DNA of 64,000 bases from an uncultured Acidobacteriota bacterium. Its GTDB lineage: Bacteria; Acidobacteriota; Thermoanaerobaculia; Gp7-AA8. Made by a program: the position numbers and the translations under genes. Positions 27,661-36,699 of the stretch are shown piece by piece (the first letter of the stretch is position 1; the number at the start of each line of letters is the position of its first letter). Location: the NCBI GenBank assembly GCA_963741955.1, contig CAVUKB010000004.1, forward strand, positions 192,001-256,000, written 5' to 3'. The notes beneath the pieces are model-generated. The model was not told where the DNA came from. It did no database searches and saw only the letters and a program-made list of their open reading frames with translations.

Positions 27661-28239
27661 ATGGCGAACCCGAGACAGGACAATCCGCAGCAGCACCCGA
27701 CAGAGCGCGAGCGAACCGCGCGCAATCGCGACATCGAAAAGCGTCAGCACCGCGAGAACCTGCCGACCGCGCGTTATTCGCCGGCCCGATATTTCGATCC
27801 ATTCGAAGTGATGCGATCGATGCGTGACGAGATGGATCGCATCTTCGACACATTCAGCTTCGGAACGCTGGGGAGAAATCCAGCGCTTCCGACGGAACAG
27901 GCCGCGCGCCACTGGTCTCCGCAGATCGAGATGTTCGAGCGCGGAAACAGGCTGGTGGTCCGCGCCGATCTGCCGGGGATGAAGAAGGACGACGTGAGCG
28001 TAGAGATCGAGAACGACGTACTGCGTCTCGAGGGCGAACGGACGAGCGAATCCCGTGAGGAGAAGGAAGGCTTTTTCCACACGGAGCGCAGCTACGGCCA
28101 CTTCTATCGCGCGATCCCTCTCCCCGAGGGAGTGCACGGGGAGAACGCCCGGGCGAACTTCCATGACGGCGTGCTGGAGATCGAAATGGACGCGCCGAAG
28201 CAGACGCGCGAGAACCGTCGCAGGATCGACGTGAAGTGA
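27661..28239 (+). CDS. Hsp20/alpha-crystallin small heat-shock protein
   Basis: ADLPGMKKDDV, ERSYGHFYRAIPLP, ANFHDGVLEI; AGGAGG RBS. Confidence 0.95.
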   Translation: MANPRQDNPQQHPTERERTARNRDIEKRQHRENLPTARYSPARYFDPFEVMRSMRDEMDRIFDTFSFGTLGRNPALPTEQAARHWSPQIEMFERGNRLVVRADLPGMKKDDVSVEIENDVLRLEGERTSESREEKEGFFHTERSYGHFYRAIPLPEGVHGENARANFHDGVLEIEMDAPKQTRENRRRIDVK

Positions 28240-28405
28240 TCCGGGTCGTTGCTCCGGAATCCGGCAGGGTGGCGTCGCGCGCCGCCCTGCATCGATCAGA
28301 GCGTCGAGCGGTTGCCTTCCGGTCACCGTTTCGGTGAAGATGCATCGAATCCGTCGAAATCGTCCGCATCTCCATCGAGACCGTCTGCACCGGAAGGGGA
28401 GGTTC

Positions 28406-29302
28406 ATGCGTCGCATTCCTTCGTTACTGCTCGTTGCCTCGATTCTGCTCCTGCCGGCCGTCGCGCTCGCGCAGCCGGTGCAGTACATCCACGAAGATCT
28501 CGAGTTCGACCGCCCCGAATCGTGGGCGATGAAGTACTTCGCCTCGATCTCGCTCCTTTCGACTCTCGCTGCCCCCCGTGAGCGACCCGCCGGAGCGATC
28601 GACGCGTCGCTCGAGCTGTCGACGATCCCGTCGCTCTCGGCGCGGGAGCGGACGGTCGGTTTTCACGGGACGAAAGAAGAGGACCTGAACAAGCTGCCGG
28701 CGCTGGTCCGGCCGCGCGTGACGATCGCACTTCCTCGCGATTTTTCCGTCACCGCGGCATGGGTCCCGCCGGTGGGACTCAACGGCGTGCGTGCGAACAT
28801 CGTCTCCCTCGGTGTCGGAAAGGCGATCTTCAGACGCGACGTCTGGAATGCGGCGGCGAATCTCTACGGGCAGAGCGGAACGATCAGGGGAGCGTTCACC
28901 TGTCCGGAAGATTTCGTGAAGTTCGACCCTCAGGGGCTGTATGGCTGCGAGCGGCCATCGAGTGACACGACGAAGCTGCGATACGTCGGACTGGAGCTCA
29001 GCGGCGGACGCCGCATCACTGCACTCGGCTCCCCGACGCTCCAGATCTCGGGAGCGGTCAACTATCTCGACCTCGATTTTCAGGTGAATGCGTTGACCTT
29101 CGGCTTCATCGACCGGCGCCACATGTTCGCTGACGGAACGACGTGGACGGCCGGAGCCGGCGCGACCTGGGCGGTCGCTCCGCGGACGGACCTCGGCGTG
29201 AACATCTTCTATGCGCCGCTCGGCATTCGAAGGCTCGACGCAAACGTCGAGAACGATCCGCTGGTCAACGCGCGGATTCTGCTCCGCTACCGGCTGCGCT
29301 AG
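28406..29302 (+). CDS. Secreted hypothetical protein, probable outer-membrane beta-barrel
   Basis: Signal peptide ending ALA-Q; amphipathic beta-strands; C-terminal ARILLRYRLR. Confidence 0.6.
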   Translation: MRRIPSLLLVASILLLPAVALAQPVQYIHEDLEFDRPESWAMKYFASISLLSTLAAPRERPAGAIDASLELSTIPSLSARERTVGFHGTKEEDLNKLPALVRPRVTIALPRDFSVTAAWVPPVGLNGVRANIVSLGVGKAIFRRDVWNAAANLYGQSGTIRGAFTCPEDFVKFDPQGLYGCERPSSDTTKLRYVGLELSGGRRITALGSPTLQISGAVNYLDLDFQVNALTFGFIDRRHMFADGTTWTAGAGATWAVAPRTDLGVNIFYAPLGIRRLDANVENDPLVNARILLRYRLR

Positions 29303-29397
29303 AGCTCGGGGTTCGGAACCTTCGGTTCGATTCGGAGGATGAACGGGATGGCGATGGAGCAGAGTGCGATTCCGACGAGGATGAGAGCGACTTGCAT
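29299..29397 (-). CDS. Candidate 32-aa single-TM small protein
   Basis: GGGAGA RBS 5 nt before ATG; MQVALILVGIALCSIAIPFILRIEPKVPNPEL. Confidence 0.45.
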   Translation of the reverse strand: MQVALILVGIALCSIAIPFILRIEPKVPNPEL

Positions 29398-29492
29398 GAT
29401 GGTCTCCCGACGAGGCGTTGTGTGGCGAGAACAGGATACGCCCTTGTCGGGATTCCGGATGACGGATATCCCGTCGCGAGGATCGAGCCCGA

Positions 29493-30125
29493 GGGGTGCG
29501 GATCCTCCGATCCGCCGCGAGAATCGTGTTGTACGCGATGAAGAGGGAAGTTGGTGTGGGCGCGGAGCGTCGGTGATTCCGGAGGTCCGCTTCGCTTCTG
29601 CCAAAGGGATGGTCTCGATCCGTTTTGAACGCGATTGTCTCGGCGGATCAGAGGATCCGCGCCCCCTGGCGCGTGTTCCCTGAGGCGCGAGAATCGTGTT
29701 GTACGCGATGAAGAGGGAAGTTGGTGTGGGCGCGGAGCGTCGGTGATTCCGGAGGTCCGCTTCGCTTCTGCCAAAGGGATGGTCTCGATCCGTTTTGAAC
29801 GCGATTGTCTCGGCGGATCAGAGGATCCGCGCCCCCTGGCGCGTGTTCCCTGAGGCGCGAGAATCGTGTTGTACGCGATGAAGAGGGAAGTTGGTGGTGG
29901 GCGCGGAGCGTCGGTGATTCCGGAGGTCCGCTTCGCTTCTGCCAAAGGGATGGTCTCGATCCGTTTTGAACGCGATTGTCTCGGCGGATCAGAGGATCCG
30001 CGCCCCCTGGCGCGTGTTCCCGAGGGGTGCGGATCCCGCTCGGCGGGATCCGCAGCGAAAATCGTGTTGCACGCGATGGAGAGGGAAGTTGGGGGTGGGC
30101 GCGGAGCGTCGGTGATCCGCGGGAT
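29493..30125. repeat. Tandem array of 170-bp REPIN-like units (3 near-identical plus partial), same family as 8100-9250
   Basis: Period 170 bp; shares the REP pair and the blocks GAATCGTGTTG..GAAGAGGGAAGTTG and AGGGATGGTCTCGATCCG. Confidence 0.92.
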
Positions 30126-30163
30126 TCCCCGAGCACGCCGGATCGGATATAAGTGCGGTTCGC

Positions 30164-30655
30164 ATGGACGACAGACATCTCCGCATCGTTCCCGCCACCG
30201 AAGCCGACGTTCCGCTGCTTCTCTCCTTCATCCGGCAACTCGCCGAGTACGAGCGTCTCGCGCATGCCGTCGTCGCGACGGAGGACGACGTGCGACGTTC
30301 ACTCTTCGGCGAGAAACCGGCCGCGGAGGCGCTCTTCGCGATGTGGGACGGGGAGCCGGTCGGCTTCGCGATCTTCTTTCACAACTTCTCCACGTTCCTC
30401 AGCCGGCCGGGACTCTATCTGGAAGACCTCTTCGTCAAACCGGAAATGCGAGGGAAGGGAATCGGAAAAGCGATCCTCGTGCATCTCGCGCGGATCGCGC
30501 GGGACCGCGGCTGCCGCCGCTTCGAGTGGGCGGTCCTCGACTGGAACCACTCTGCGATGCGCTTCTACGAATCGCTCGGCGCGAAGGCGGTCAGCGAATG
30601 GACCATCTTCCGGCTCGCCGACGAAGCGATCGACCGGTTGGCGGAGGAGAAGTAG
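30164..30655 (+). CDS. GNAT N-acetyltransferase (spermidine/diamine acetyltransferase-like)
   Basis: LAEYE, LYLEDLFV, RGKGIG, VLDWN, FYESLGA. Confidence 0.92.
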   Translation: MDDRHLRIVPATEADVPLLLSFIRQLAEYERLAHAVVATEDDVRRSLFGEKPAAEALFAMWDGEPVGFAIFFHNFSTFLSRPGLYLEDLFVKPEMRGKGIGKAILVHLARIARDRGCRRFEWAVLDWNHSAMRFYESLGAKAVSEWTIFRLADEAIDRLAEEK

Positions 30656-30684
30656 ACCCGGAGTGAGCCGAACGTCCGGCGTCG

Positions 30685-33600
30685 CTATCTGTCCACCACC
30701 GTGACGTGCGTCTCGTCGCCGTTCGCCCGGATCTCCGGAACGTACATCGCCTCGCCCATCAGTGGCAGCGCATGGAACGTCCCGGGCGTTTCCGCCCGCA
30801 TCGCGTACCGGATCTCCCAGATCCCCTCCGGGAGGCGATCGACGAAGAGGGCGACCTTCCGGTCGCGGAGCTCCTGGTAGACCCAGGCCTGGCGTCCGGT
30901 GTACTCGGCCTGGGGTGACCGCTCCGGTGCGGCCGCGGGCCGCTTCTCCTCCGGCGTCTCGGCCGCGTGGTTGCCGAAGCGCCGGATCGACGCATCCGCT
31001 CGCAGCTCGCGCGCGAAGATCGGCTCTCCACTGCGGAGCTCCACCGCTTCGAATCCTGCAGGCTTGAGGTCCTCGAAGAGGAGGTACTGGTAGTCGTTCT
31101 TTCCTTCGACCGTGAGGACGACTTCGACGCGATCGCCGCTGGTGAGGCGATCACCATCGCGGAGAGGGACTTTGTCGTACTGGTAGCCGGAGAGGAGAGT
31201 GGGCCGGCCGACGATCCGATAGTAGTCGCGTCTCACGAAGATCTCGTTTCCTGCGGCGCGGACCGGTTCCTCCAGACTGAAGAAACGAGCCTCTGCGGAG
31301 AAGTAGAGCGGAGCGCTCCCCTTCGTCCGCTCGACGCGGATCTGGTTCTCGCCGTCGCGGATCCACTTCGGGTCGACCGCGAACCGCGAGGGGGCCGAGA
31401 TCAACTCGCTCTTCGAGAGCGTCCGCGACCCGATCGGGTGGCCGTTCACGGTGAGATCGAACGAGACCGGCGAGGCGATCTCGCCCGAGGCGCGAAGATA
31501 CTCGTCGAGAGTGAGGACCGTGATCGCGGTATCCCGGGTGTTGTTCCACTGGGCACCTCGCCGGTTTCGGACCAGCCAGTTGGTGACAGGCTCGATCAGT
31601 GCGTTTTCCGGATCGATGGCGACGAGTGCACGGAGTGCGAAGGCGGTCGTCTCGACCGGACTGTCGCTCCAGCGCCACCAGATGCCGTCCGCACCCCAGT
31701 GGGCGGTTGCGAGCACGTTCGGATTGCTTCCGGTGGTGCGGATCAGAATCGAACGGTCGGGTGAACGGTCGATCTTCACTCCGTTCTCCAGGTTGCGGAC
31801 GAGTGTCGTCGCTCTCGCAGTGTCGCCGAAGTGGTGCGCTGCGATGGCGAGGAGGGCGCGGCCGTACGTGTTCAGCCTCTCGCGGTTGGAGAAGAGATTC
31901 TCGAGAGCCTTCTTCTCGAACGTGGCGGGCGTGCTCGACGGATGCGCAACGGAGAGGGCGTGGAGCATCCATGCCTGAAGATCGAGATCGTTCTCTTCCT
32001 CGACGAGCTCCTTCCGGAGGTACTCCACTCCTCGATCGAGAACGCCGGAGCGGATCTCGACTCCCGCATCGCGGGCGAGGGCAAGACCCCAGACGACGTA
32101 GGCGCTCATGTAATGGTCGCTCTCTCCCTCCTTCCACCACCCCCATCCACCGTCGGCGTGCTGGAAGTCGTAGAGGCGCTGGAGGGACTTGCGGGTCATG
32201 TCGTTCATCCGGTCGAGACTCTTCGCTCCGTCGGGATGCGTCTGGCCGGCGTACTCGGGCTCGACTCCGCCGAAGAGTCGTGTCGCGACGGTCGCGGGAT
32301 CGACGCCGAGGCTCCGCAGGGTCCGCGCTACGATGACGGTCGGGAGGAAACGACTCATGGTCTGTTCGGTGCAGCCGTACGGGTAATCGATGAGATAGGG
32401 GAGGGCGTCGAGCATGGTCACCGCCATGCTCGGAGTGATCTGGACGGTGAGAGAGGTCGTACCCTCCCGCCGTTCGGCGGGAAGAGAAAGCGAGATCGTC
32501 GCCGCGGAGTCGCGAATCTTTCCCGACTTTGCGACGAGCTTCTGGATGCCGTGGTCGAAAATGCGGAGCTCGCGTTCCATTGCGTCGCTCTCTCCGGCGG
32601 AGCGGGCGGTGACACGAAGCTTCGCCATTCCGGGGTCGAGCACGCGGAATCTCCAGTCGATGCGTTTTTCCCCGCCCGCTGCGACGTCGACTTCCTTCGT
32701 TCCGGCATCGGCCAGCGGTGCGAGCCCGGTCGCTTCGACTGAAGACGTGACCCTCATCGGATCATTCGAGTTGTCGTTGATCACGGCGGAGATGACCACC
32801 TCGTCACCGGTGAGGAGGAATCGCGGCGCCTGGAGGCGGACGATCAGCGGCTTGTTGGTGACCGTGTCGGACGTTCCGATGCCGACCTGCGTCGAGGGAG
32901 TGACGGCCCGGGCCTTCGCCGTCCAGGTGGTCAGCGAGTCGGGCCCGGTGAGGTCGACCGTCGCTTTCCCGTCCGCGCCGGTCTTTAGGTCCGGCTGCCA
33001 GAAGACGGTGGAGCGGAAGTCGCTTCGGACCACCACCGGATTCTCCGCAGGCGAGGCAGCATTCGCCGACACTTTCTGGGCCATCTGAGGCTTCGGCGCC
33101 GGCGGCGGAGTTGTGGCCGTGACGGTGATCTCTTGCGCGACGGAGTCGAGGCTCCGGACAAACCCTCCGGACGCGCCGATCTCGCCTTCCAGCCGGGGAC
33201 CGTCGGATGACTCGTCTTTGTTCCGATACGCATCGGCTCCCGATCGGGATCTCTCCGCAACGAGCCGATGTTGATCGTCCTCCACCATGCGGACGTAGGG
33301 GCGTAGCTGGAAGCTGCTGGTGGTCGTCGCCTGGTGCGCGCGCTTCCCGCCATAGAAGAACCGACGCGGATCACCGGCGGGATCGTCCTGAATCGCGTAA
33401 ACCGAGGCGTCGACGACGCCGAGCGAGACTTCGGCGGGGACGGGTCTTCCATCCGAGTCGAGGGTGGTCACGGTGATCCGCCCGTGTTCGCGCGGCCGGT
33501 ACTCGTTTCGATCCGACTCCACCCTGACGTCGAGGAACTTTCGCTCGGGGGGGACGATCACTTCCTTCGTGTCGACGAACATCTGATCGTCCGAGACCAT

Positions 33601-36588
33601 CGCAGCGGAGAGAAAGACGTTGGGGATGTGCTTCGGCTCGACCGGGAGCTCGACCCACTTCGCGGTCCCGTCGACGTGGATGACACGCAGATCGTCGATT
33701 CGATCCGTCTCGATGCTGAAGAGAACCCAGCGGCCGGCGGCTGGAGTGACGATCATCAGCGGCAGAGGGCGTCCGACCGAGACGCTCTCTTCATCGACGA
33801 TCAGCTGAAGTCCGCCGTAGCGATATCCGAGATCGGTGGTGGCGTTCGTGGCGACCCAGACGGCCGTCTCTGCGCGGATCGGAATCGGTATTCGCGTCAC
33901 CCGCCCGCCTCGGTCCGCGCTCTGCCACGCGACTCGATAGTAACCCTCCCGGTCGGGCGTGAAGGTGAACGTCGCTACGCCTTTGGTATTCGTGGAGACG
34001 CGCGACGTGCTCACTTTCTCGCTCTCGTATCCTTTCGAAACGAGCGTCCATCCAGGATGACCCGGGAGCGCGCGGGGAGGGAAGGTCCGATCGCGACTGC
34101 GGATCCGTTCGAGCGCTTCGCCCGTCACCCGCTGTCCACTCGGGTCGCGCCACACTTCGTGCCACTCGTCGCGCGTGACGGTGATCTCGCCGCTCACCGG
34201 GAGCGGTTGGTCGTTCGGGTCGGAGGTGTGAAGATCGATCGCCACCCGATCCGAAGGCCGGTGGAGATAGTGTTTCGGACGAAGATCGACGTAGTAGCTC
34301 TGGCGAGTGACGCGGAGGGTTCCGCTGCCGGTGACCTCACGACGCGAGGAGTCGGTCACCCGCGCTTCGACCGTGTATTCGAGATCGTTCTGCGATCCGC
34401 GCGGAGTGTCGAATCGGAACGTGACTTTCCCGTCGGGGCCGGTGCGGAGCTCTTCGCGCTTCACGATCTGACCCGGCTGACCGGACGCGTAGGGTGAGAT
34501 CCCCTGGTCGAAGTACCAGCCGTAGCGGCGGTCAGGCATCCAGATTCGCCGCCACGGTTTTTGTCTCACCAGAACTTCGACCGACCCGTCGGTTACCGGT
34601 GCTCCGAAGTAGTACTGCGAATCGATGGTCGCCTCGACCGTGTCGCCGAGACGGTACGCGACCTTCCTGCCGTCCTTCTCTGCAGTTTCAACGGAGACAC
34701 GGAACTCGGGGAGCTTGTACTCCTCCAGCCGGAACATCTCCGCCTGGCCGATCCAGCGGCTCGAGGCATCCTGAAAGCCGATGGTGTACATCCCGAGCGG
34801 CATCGATTCCGTGGTCTGAAGCGTGCCCCACCCACTGCCGAACTCATTGAGCTGGAGATCCCCCTCGGCGACCTTGCTCCCTCTCGGATCGTTGATCACG
34901 TAATGAATCTTCGCGCCGGAGGGAGTGGTGTACGACTCGCCCGCCTCGGTTCGCGCGACCACCTTCCAGTGCGCGGTCTCGTTCGGACGGTAGGCGGGCC
35001 GGTCGGTCGTGACGTAGAGCCTCCACCGCGCAACTGCATCGCGTGAGTGCCAGCTGCTGGCGGAGACGAGCGCCTGCCGGCCGTTGCGATTGGCTACGGC
35101 AAAGAGGTTGTGGGAGTAGGCGTCGCGGAGGTCGAAACGAGCCATTCCATCGGATCCCGTCAGCTCGGTCCGGGAGACCGTGGAGGGGGTCGAATCGTAG
35201 GTACTGTCCCAGAGCGTCACGCGCGTGCCGGCGAGTGGCGCTCCGGTGGTCGAGTCACACGCGTAGACGATGGCGCGGTTCGCCGCGCTCTCGAGAACGA
35301 GGGCTGCGTCGCTGATGAGCACGAGATCGCGCGCGGAAACTCCCTCTCCTCGTGCTTCGAGAAGATACGCGCCCGGGTCCAGCTGTCGGGGAACGCGAAT
35401 CTGTTTCGTTCCCGGAACGTGACCGGCCGACCCGGCCGTTTCACTCCACCTGGCGACCGGTGAACCGCCGGTCCGGATCCGGTCGAGCCAGTCGCCTCGA
35501 CGTTCGTCCATCTCCACGTCGCGGGTGAGATCGAACGGCGTGAGGGTCAGGTCCACAGTCGTCACATTTCTCCACGAAAGAGTGAACGCGACTTCGGAAT
35601 TCGGGAGAAAGACGTTCGAGACGGCCACCGCAACGGTGGGAGAGACGATGTCGTGGATCCGATTCTCCGCCTGGTCGCGGTAACGGCTCTCTCCTTTGAC
35701 GAACTCCGTAGTGAGGCGACGGTACGTCTGGAGCGCAGCGTCATAATCGGGGATGAAGCGGATCGCGCCGTTGTCTTCCTCCACCACTCCGCCCTGCCGT
35801 TCCAGCCACTCCGCGAAGTGGAAGAGGGCATCGTCGTACCACGCGACGCTCCGACCGGGGGCGATCGCGGCCCGGAAGGCCTCTGCGATCCGCTCGTGAA
35901 CGTCCGGATCCGACCCGCGCTGCTGCAGAGCGGTCGCAAGGAGATAGTTCGCGTGCGCGAGATCGACCGGAGTCTTCGCGATCCTGACGGCATTCTCGAG
36001 AATCTCCTGGGGAAGTCGTCCCTGATATCCGTAATCACCATTTCCCCACGCCGCCGGGGGCGTGGCCATGTCCCAGACGATCTGCAGATAACGCGTGCGC
36101 GCCGTCTCCAGATCGCTGCTCGCACCCCAGTACGAAAGGGCCCTCTGGTAATGAGGGAAGGCTGCGCTCCACTCCCCGAACTTCTCCCACCACGAATCGG
36201 CGAGCGATTCCTCGGCTTCGGCCGCGATGAGGTCCGCGGGCTGTGAGTCGCTTCCCGCGAGTCGCTGGAGCTCCTTCCGCGCGGCTTCGAGTTTCGTCGG
36301 GTCCGGATTGTTCGTCGAAGCGAACGAGCGCCATTCGGTATCGGCGAGGCGAAAGTCCACCCACCGCCGTTGCACCGTCGAGAGGTCGAGTGCTGCGGCG
36401 GTCGCATAGAGCTCGTGCGCCTTCGCCCACGACTTTGCACTATAGAGAGATTCGGCACTCTGGCGGATCTCCTGGTACGAGGAAGGAGGTGCCGCGTTCT
36501 GCGGCTTCGGTCGAGCCGCAGAGCTCGCGACGAGGGCGATCAGTGCGATTCCGAGCAGGACGGAGACTTTTGCGGCGATCGATCTCAA
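30685..36588 (-). CDS. Bacterial alpha-2-macroglobulin family protein
   Basis: Signal peptide, helical N-terminus, MG2 TDRPAYRP, RSDFRSTVFW, PDSLTTW, thioester YPYGCTEQ, C-terminal AMYVPE. Confidence 0.93.
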   Translation of the reverse strand: MRSIAAKVSVLLGIALIALVASSAARPKPQNAAPPSSYQEIRQSAESLYSAKSWAKAHELYATAAALDLSTVQRRWVDFRLADTEWRSFASTNNPDPTKLEAARKELQRLAGSDSQPADLIAAEAEESLADSWWEKFGEWSAAFPHYQRALSYWGASSDLETARTRYLQIVWDMATPPAAWGNGDYGYQGRLPQEILENAVRIAKTPVDLAHANYLLATALQQRGSDPDVHERIAEAFRAAIAPGRSVAWYDDALFHFAEWLERQGGVVEEDNGAIRFIPDYDAALQTYRRLTTEFVKGESRYRDQAENRIHDIVSPTVAVAVSNVFLPNSEVAFTLSWRNVTTVDLTLTPFDLTRDVEMDERRGDWLDRIRTGGSPVARWSETAGSAGHVPGTKQIRVPRQLDPGAYLLEARGEGVSARDLVLISDAALVLESAANRAIVYACDSTTGAPLAGTRVTLWDSTYDSTPSTVSRTELTGSDGMARFDLRDAYSHNLFAVANRNGRQALVSASSWHSRDAVARWRLYVTTDRPAYRPNETAHWKVVARTEAGESYTTPSGAKIHYVINDPRGSKVAEGDLQLNEFGSGWGTLQTTESMPLGMYTIGFQDASSRWIGQAEMFRLEEYKLPEFRVSVETAEKDGRKVAYRLGDTVEATIDSQYYFGAPVTDGSVEVLVRQKPWRRIWMPDRRYGWYFDQGISPYASGQPGQIVKREELRTGPDGKVTFRFDTPRGSQNDLEYTVEARVTDSSRREVTGSGTLRVTRQSYYVDLRPKHYLHRPSDRVAIDLHTSDPNDQPLPVSGEITVTRDEWHEVWRDPSGQRVTGEALERIRSRDRTFPPRALPGHPGWTLVSKGYESEKVSTSRVSTNTKGVATFTFTPDREGYYRVAWQSADRGGRVTRIPIPIRAETAVWVATNATTDLGYRYGGLQLIVDEESVSVGRPLPLMIVTPAAGRWVLFSIETDRIDDLRVIHVDGTAKWVELPVEPKHIPNVFLSAAMVSDDQMFVDTKEVIVPPERKFLDVRVESDRNEYRPREHGRITVTTLDSDGRPVPAEVSLGVVDASVYAIQDDPAGDPRRFFYGGKRAHQATTTSSFQLRPYVRMVEDDQHRLVAERSRSGADAYRNKDESSDGPRLEGEIGASGGFVRSLDSVAQEITVTATTPPPAPKPQMAQKVSANAASPAENPVVVRSDFRSTVFWQPDLKTGADGKATVDLTGPDSLTTWTAKARAVTPSTQVGIGTSDTVTNKPLIVRLQAPRFLLTGDEVVISAVINDNSNDPMRVTSSVEATGLAPLADAGTKEVDVAAGGEKRIDWRFRVLDPGMAKLRVTARSAGESDAMERELRIFDHGIQKLVAKSGKIRDSAATISLSLPAERREGTTSLTVQITPSMAVTMLDALPYLIDYPYGCTEQTMSRFLPTVIVARTLRSLGVDPATVATRLFGGVEPEYAGQTHPDGAKSLDRMNDMTRKSLQRLYDFQHADGGWGWWKEGESDHYMSAYVVWGLALARDAGVEIRSGVLDRGVEYLRKELVEEENDLDLQAWMLHALSVAHPSSTPATFEKKALENLFSNRERLNTYGRALLAIAAHHFGDTARATTLVRNLENGVKIDRSPDRSILIRTTGSNPNVLATAHWGADGIWWRWSDSPVETTAFALRALVAIDPENALIEPVTNWLVRNRRGAQWNNTRDTAITVLTLDEYLRASGEIASPVSFDLTVNGHPIGSRTLSKSELISAPSRFAVDPKWIRDGENQIRVERTKGSAPLYFSAEARFFSLEEPVRAAGNEIFVRRDYYRIVGRPTLLSGYQYDKVPLRDGDRLTSGDRVEVVLTVEGKNDYQYLLFEDLKPAGFEAVELRSGEPIFARELRADASIRRFGNHAAETPEEKRPAAAPERSPQAEYTGRQAWVYQELRDRKVALFVDRLPEGIWEIRYAMRAETPGTFHALPLMGEAMYVPEIRANGDETHVTVVDR

Positions 36589-36699
36589 GAACCACCTCCC
36601 ACAACTGCGACATTAGACACGGGAAGGGCGAATGAGGAAACCCGTCCGCTCGTAGCCCTCCTCTTCCATCCGGGCACGGGGGATGTAATGCTTCTGCGC

